In this document: in pieces, positions 61,588 to 64,000 of the stretch
How positions within the stretch are numbered: position 1 is the first letter of the stretch
Layout: every line of letters starts with the position of its first letter
Notes under the pieces: generated by a model
The model's database searches: none
What the model was told of the DNA's origin: nothing
The model's input: only the letters and a program-made list of their open reading frames with translations
Program-made: the position numbers and the translations under genes
DNA from: Hypanus sabinus
Taxonomy: Eukaryota
NCBI RefSeq assembly: GCF_030144855.1
Contig: NC_082730.1
Span: forward strand, 15,314,001 to 15,378,000
DNA length: 64,000 nt
Reading direction: 5' to 3'

Positions 61588-63221
61588 ATTCTTTGTAATT
61601 TCTTTTTATTGAAGTTCATCATCAAACAAAGATTTCCATAAGATATATTTCAGACATTGTACATATATATCATATAATCATATATATCACAAATCCCCAC
61701 AAAGTATTTATCTGAGGTATACGCTTACAGAAAAGAGCGGAAAGAAAAAACAAGCAAAAGAAAGAAACTATATACAAGTAAGGAGTGATCTGTTTTTACA
61801 ACATATTCATTGATTTGTGAGAATAAAATCAGGCCTATGAGGCAGTATGCAGTTAATCCATTTTTCCCAGTATGAATCAAATTGTTTCAGCTTATGATTA
61901 ACAGATGCTGTTATCTTCTCCATTTTGTAAATGTCCATTGTAATTTCCATCCATGTATTTAAAGTTGGGCTCTCCTGTGATAACCATTTCCTAGTAAGAG
62001 TCTTTTTACCAGCCACCAACAGTATATTCATTAAATATTTATCTCTTTTCAACCATTCTTGAGGTATATATCCAAAATATATGGTCTTACTCTCTAAAGG
62101 TATTTCACATTTAAAGATGTCTTGTAAGGCATTATGTATCCCCTTCCAATAGTTTTTGATAACTGGGCAGTCCCAAACTATATGATAATGATTTGCATTT
62201 TGATTTCCACAATTTCTCCAGCAAACAGGGAGGTTACCATCATAATGGGGTTTCTGAGAGGGTATAATAAAATATCTTATCAAGTTTTTCCATCCAAACT
62301 CCCTCCATTTCTGTGAACTGGTACACTTCCATTGATAGGTCCATATCATTGTCCATTCTTCCTCAGATATAATTATCCTTCCTTCCTTCTCCCATTTTGA
62401 TTTAATGTGTCAAGTTCAATGTGTTTTAAGATTTGACAAACCCTTATACGTGCTTGAAAAATTAAGGAAGATGTGGGAAAATGGAACCTGATTCCTTTTT
62501 TCAGTCTCAGTTCAAGGATTGAGTCTATTAAAATTAATATACTGCCCAGACTCTTTCAGACCCAACCAATAGCGATAATCAAAATCAATTCAATGAATGG
62601 AACAAGATGTTATCAAGGTATATTTGGCAGGGTGAAAGGCCTAGAGTTCATCTCAAAACTTCACAATTAGCAAAGGGAAAGGGGGGATGGGGCCTACCTT
62701 CTCTTAGAGATTATTATTTTGCAGCACAGTTGAGAGCTGTGATATGTTGGTGCAACCCATCATGTGATGCTCAATGGGAACACATTGAGGAGCGGGTACT
62801 TCCCATCCCCATACAAGCAATTTTGGCTGATATCAACCTGCAAAGCTACATAAATACTATTGATAACCCATGGGTGAAATTGACTTAAAATATGGAAAAC
62901 AACTATAAAAGAATATAATCTAGAGGGAGATATTGCAATTCTTAAATGGTGTGCATATGACTCAGATTTTACACCAAATAAATTGGAAGCTAGATTTAAG
63001 GACTGGACAGCTAAAGGAATAAGAGTTCTTTGCAACATAATGAAAGAAAGAACACTGTTCAGTTTTGAAATGCTTAAAGAGAAGCACTTATTAGAAAAAC
63101 AAGATTTTTTATCGGTATTTACAGATGCGACAATATGTTAATAAGACGGTTAAAAATGTAACTAAGGCAAGTACATGCTTGATAGAGCTATTTAGAAAAG
63201 CATATAGTTCAGATAACGGAG
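61588..63221. mobile_element. Young L1/Tx1-like insertion with 5' inversion (twin-priming geometry)
   Basis: 12-bp TSD gttagacatttc (61576-61587, 63222-63233). The 3' part is on - (ORF 61807-62349); the upstream part is inverted on + (62458-63221). Confidence 0.88.
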
Positions 63222-63293
63222 GTTAGACATTTCTTACAAAAATATTTAAGTAATTTTCCTTACATATTGGATGACAACTTGTTAGATACTATT

Positions 63294-63622
63294 CCGAGTT
63301 TGATGAAGGGTTCCAGTGGAAGAATTTATAGGGACAGAACATAAATTGGCTTCTAATGCGGATGACATTTTGATCTATCTAGGGCAACCAACATACTCCT
63401 TACCTAAATTAATGCAATCCTTTGAACAATATGGTCAATTATCAGGATACAAGATCAACATAGATAAAACCCAATTACTTTCATATCACTATAGCCTACC
63501 AAGAGAAACTGAAAGTTGATACCCCTGGGCATGGCACACAGAGTCTTTCAAATATTTGGGCATCATTATGCCAAAAGATTTGGCAAAATTATCAGAATGT
63601 AATTATCAGCCTTTATATAATT
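63294..63622 (+). mobile_element. Internal RT fragment of a young L1-like family
   Basis: GTEHKLASNADDILIYL...GYKINIDKTQLL...FKYLGI, flanked by tactatt at 63287-63293 and 63623-63629. Confidence 0.7.
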
Positions 63623-64000
63623 TACTATTACAATGGGTTAAGCATCCTTTATTTAAGATTAAACAAGATGGGAAAAGGAACTTAATTTGACTTTTATGAC
63701 GGATTCTGACTTTTCTTCGATCTCTTCTAGTCATTCACTGATTCAAGGTAAAATTATACATTGTTGCTATTTGACAAAGGAGAGATTGTCTGAAATGTTT
63801 CCTAATGTTGATAGTTATTGTGATAGATGTAAAATTGAGACAGCTACATTGACACATATGTTTTGTTCTTGTTCTATACAGGAAAAGTTCTGGAAATCAG
63901 ATTTTTCCACAATTTCTAACGCATTAATTAATTAACAAACTAACAAATTAATTGTGCTTTTTGGAATAATACCTCAAAATATCCGTGGTATTTCTTTGTC

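Larger units (their letters stand above)
61215..64000 (+). mobile_element. Older L1-like ORF2 C-terminal region, interrupted twice
   Basis: Segments 61215-61587, 63222-63293 and 63623-64000 read contiguously (YLQVRH|FLQKYLSNFPYILDDNLLDTI...YCDRCKIETATLTHMFCSC). Confidence 0.8.

Overview
AT-rich vertebrate genomic DNA with no prokaryotic features. The repeat content (CR1, L1/Tx1, Rex/Babar, Penelope-like, V-SINE and Tc1-like elements) suggests a cartilaginous fish, probably a ray; this is an inference. The window holds a tandem cluster of immunoglobulin-superfamily receptor genes with CD300/pIgR-type V domains on the + strand. Gene 1 begins upstream of the window. Its in-window exons are all open and phase-compatible: V(384-704), C2(9263-9583), V(13877-14197), C2(17707-18024) and stalk(22643-22721). 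The stalk exon can splice in frame to either of two transmembrane modules: an Asp-containing TM exon (23392-23483), or a mini-stalk plus an Arg-containing TM exon (29979-30017, 30199-30289). Gene 2 is a decayed paralogue. It has a RUNX/ETS promoter and leader (34225-34261), five disabled Ig exons and an orphaned Arg-TM module (59418-59727). Both genes contain an internal, inverted promoter-leader module (7349-7520 and 48356-48560), apparently left by an internal tandem duplication that added Ig domains. Introns are packed with transposon fragments, several with resolvable target-site duplications, empty paralogous sites and twin-priming inversions. Exon boundaries were read by hand from splice motifs. 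Repeat boundaries are approximate, and family names come from recalled motif resemblance, not database searches.
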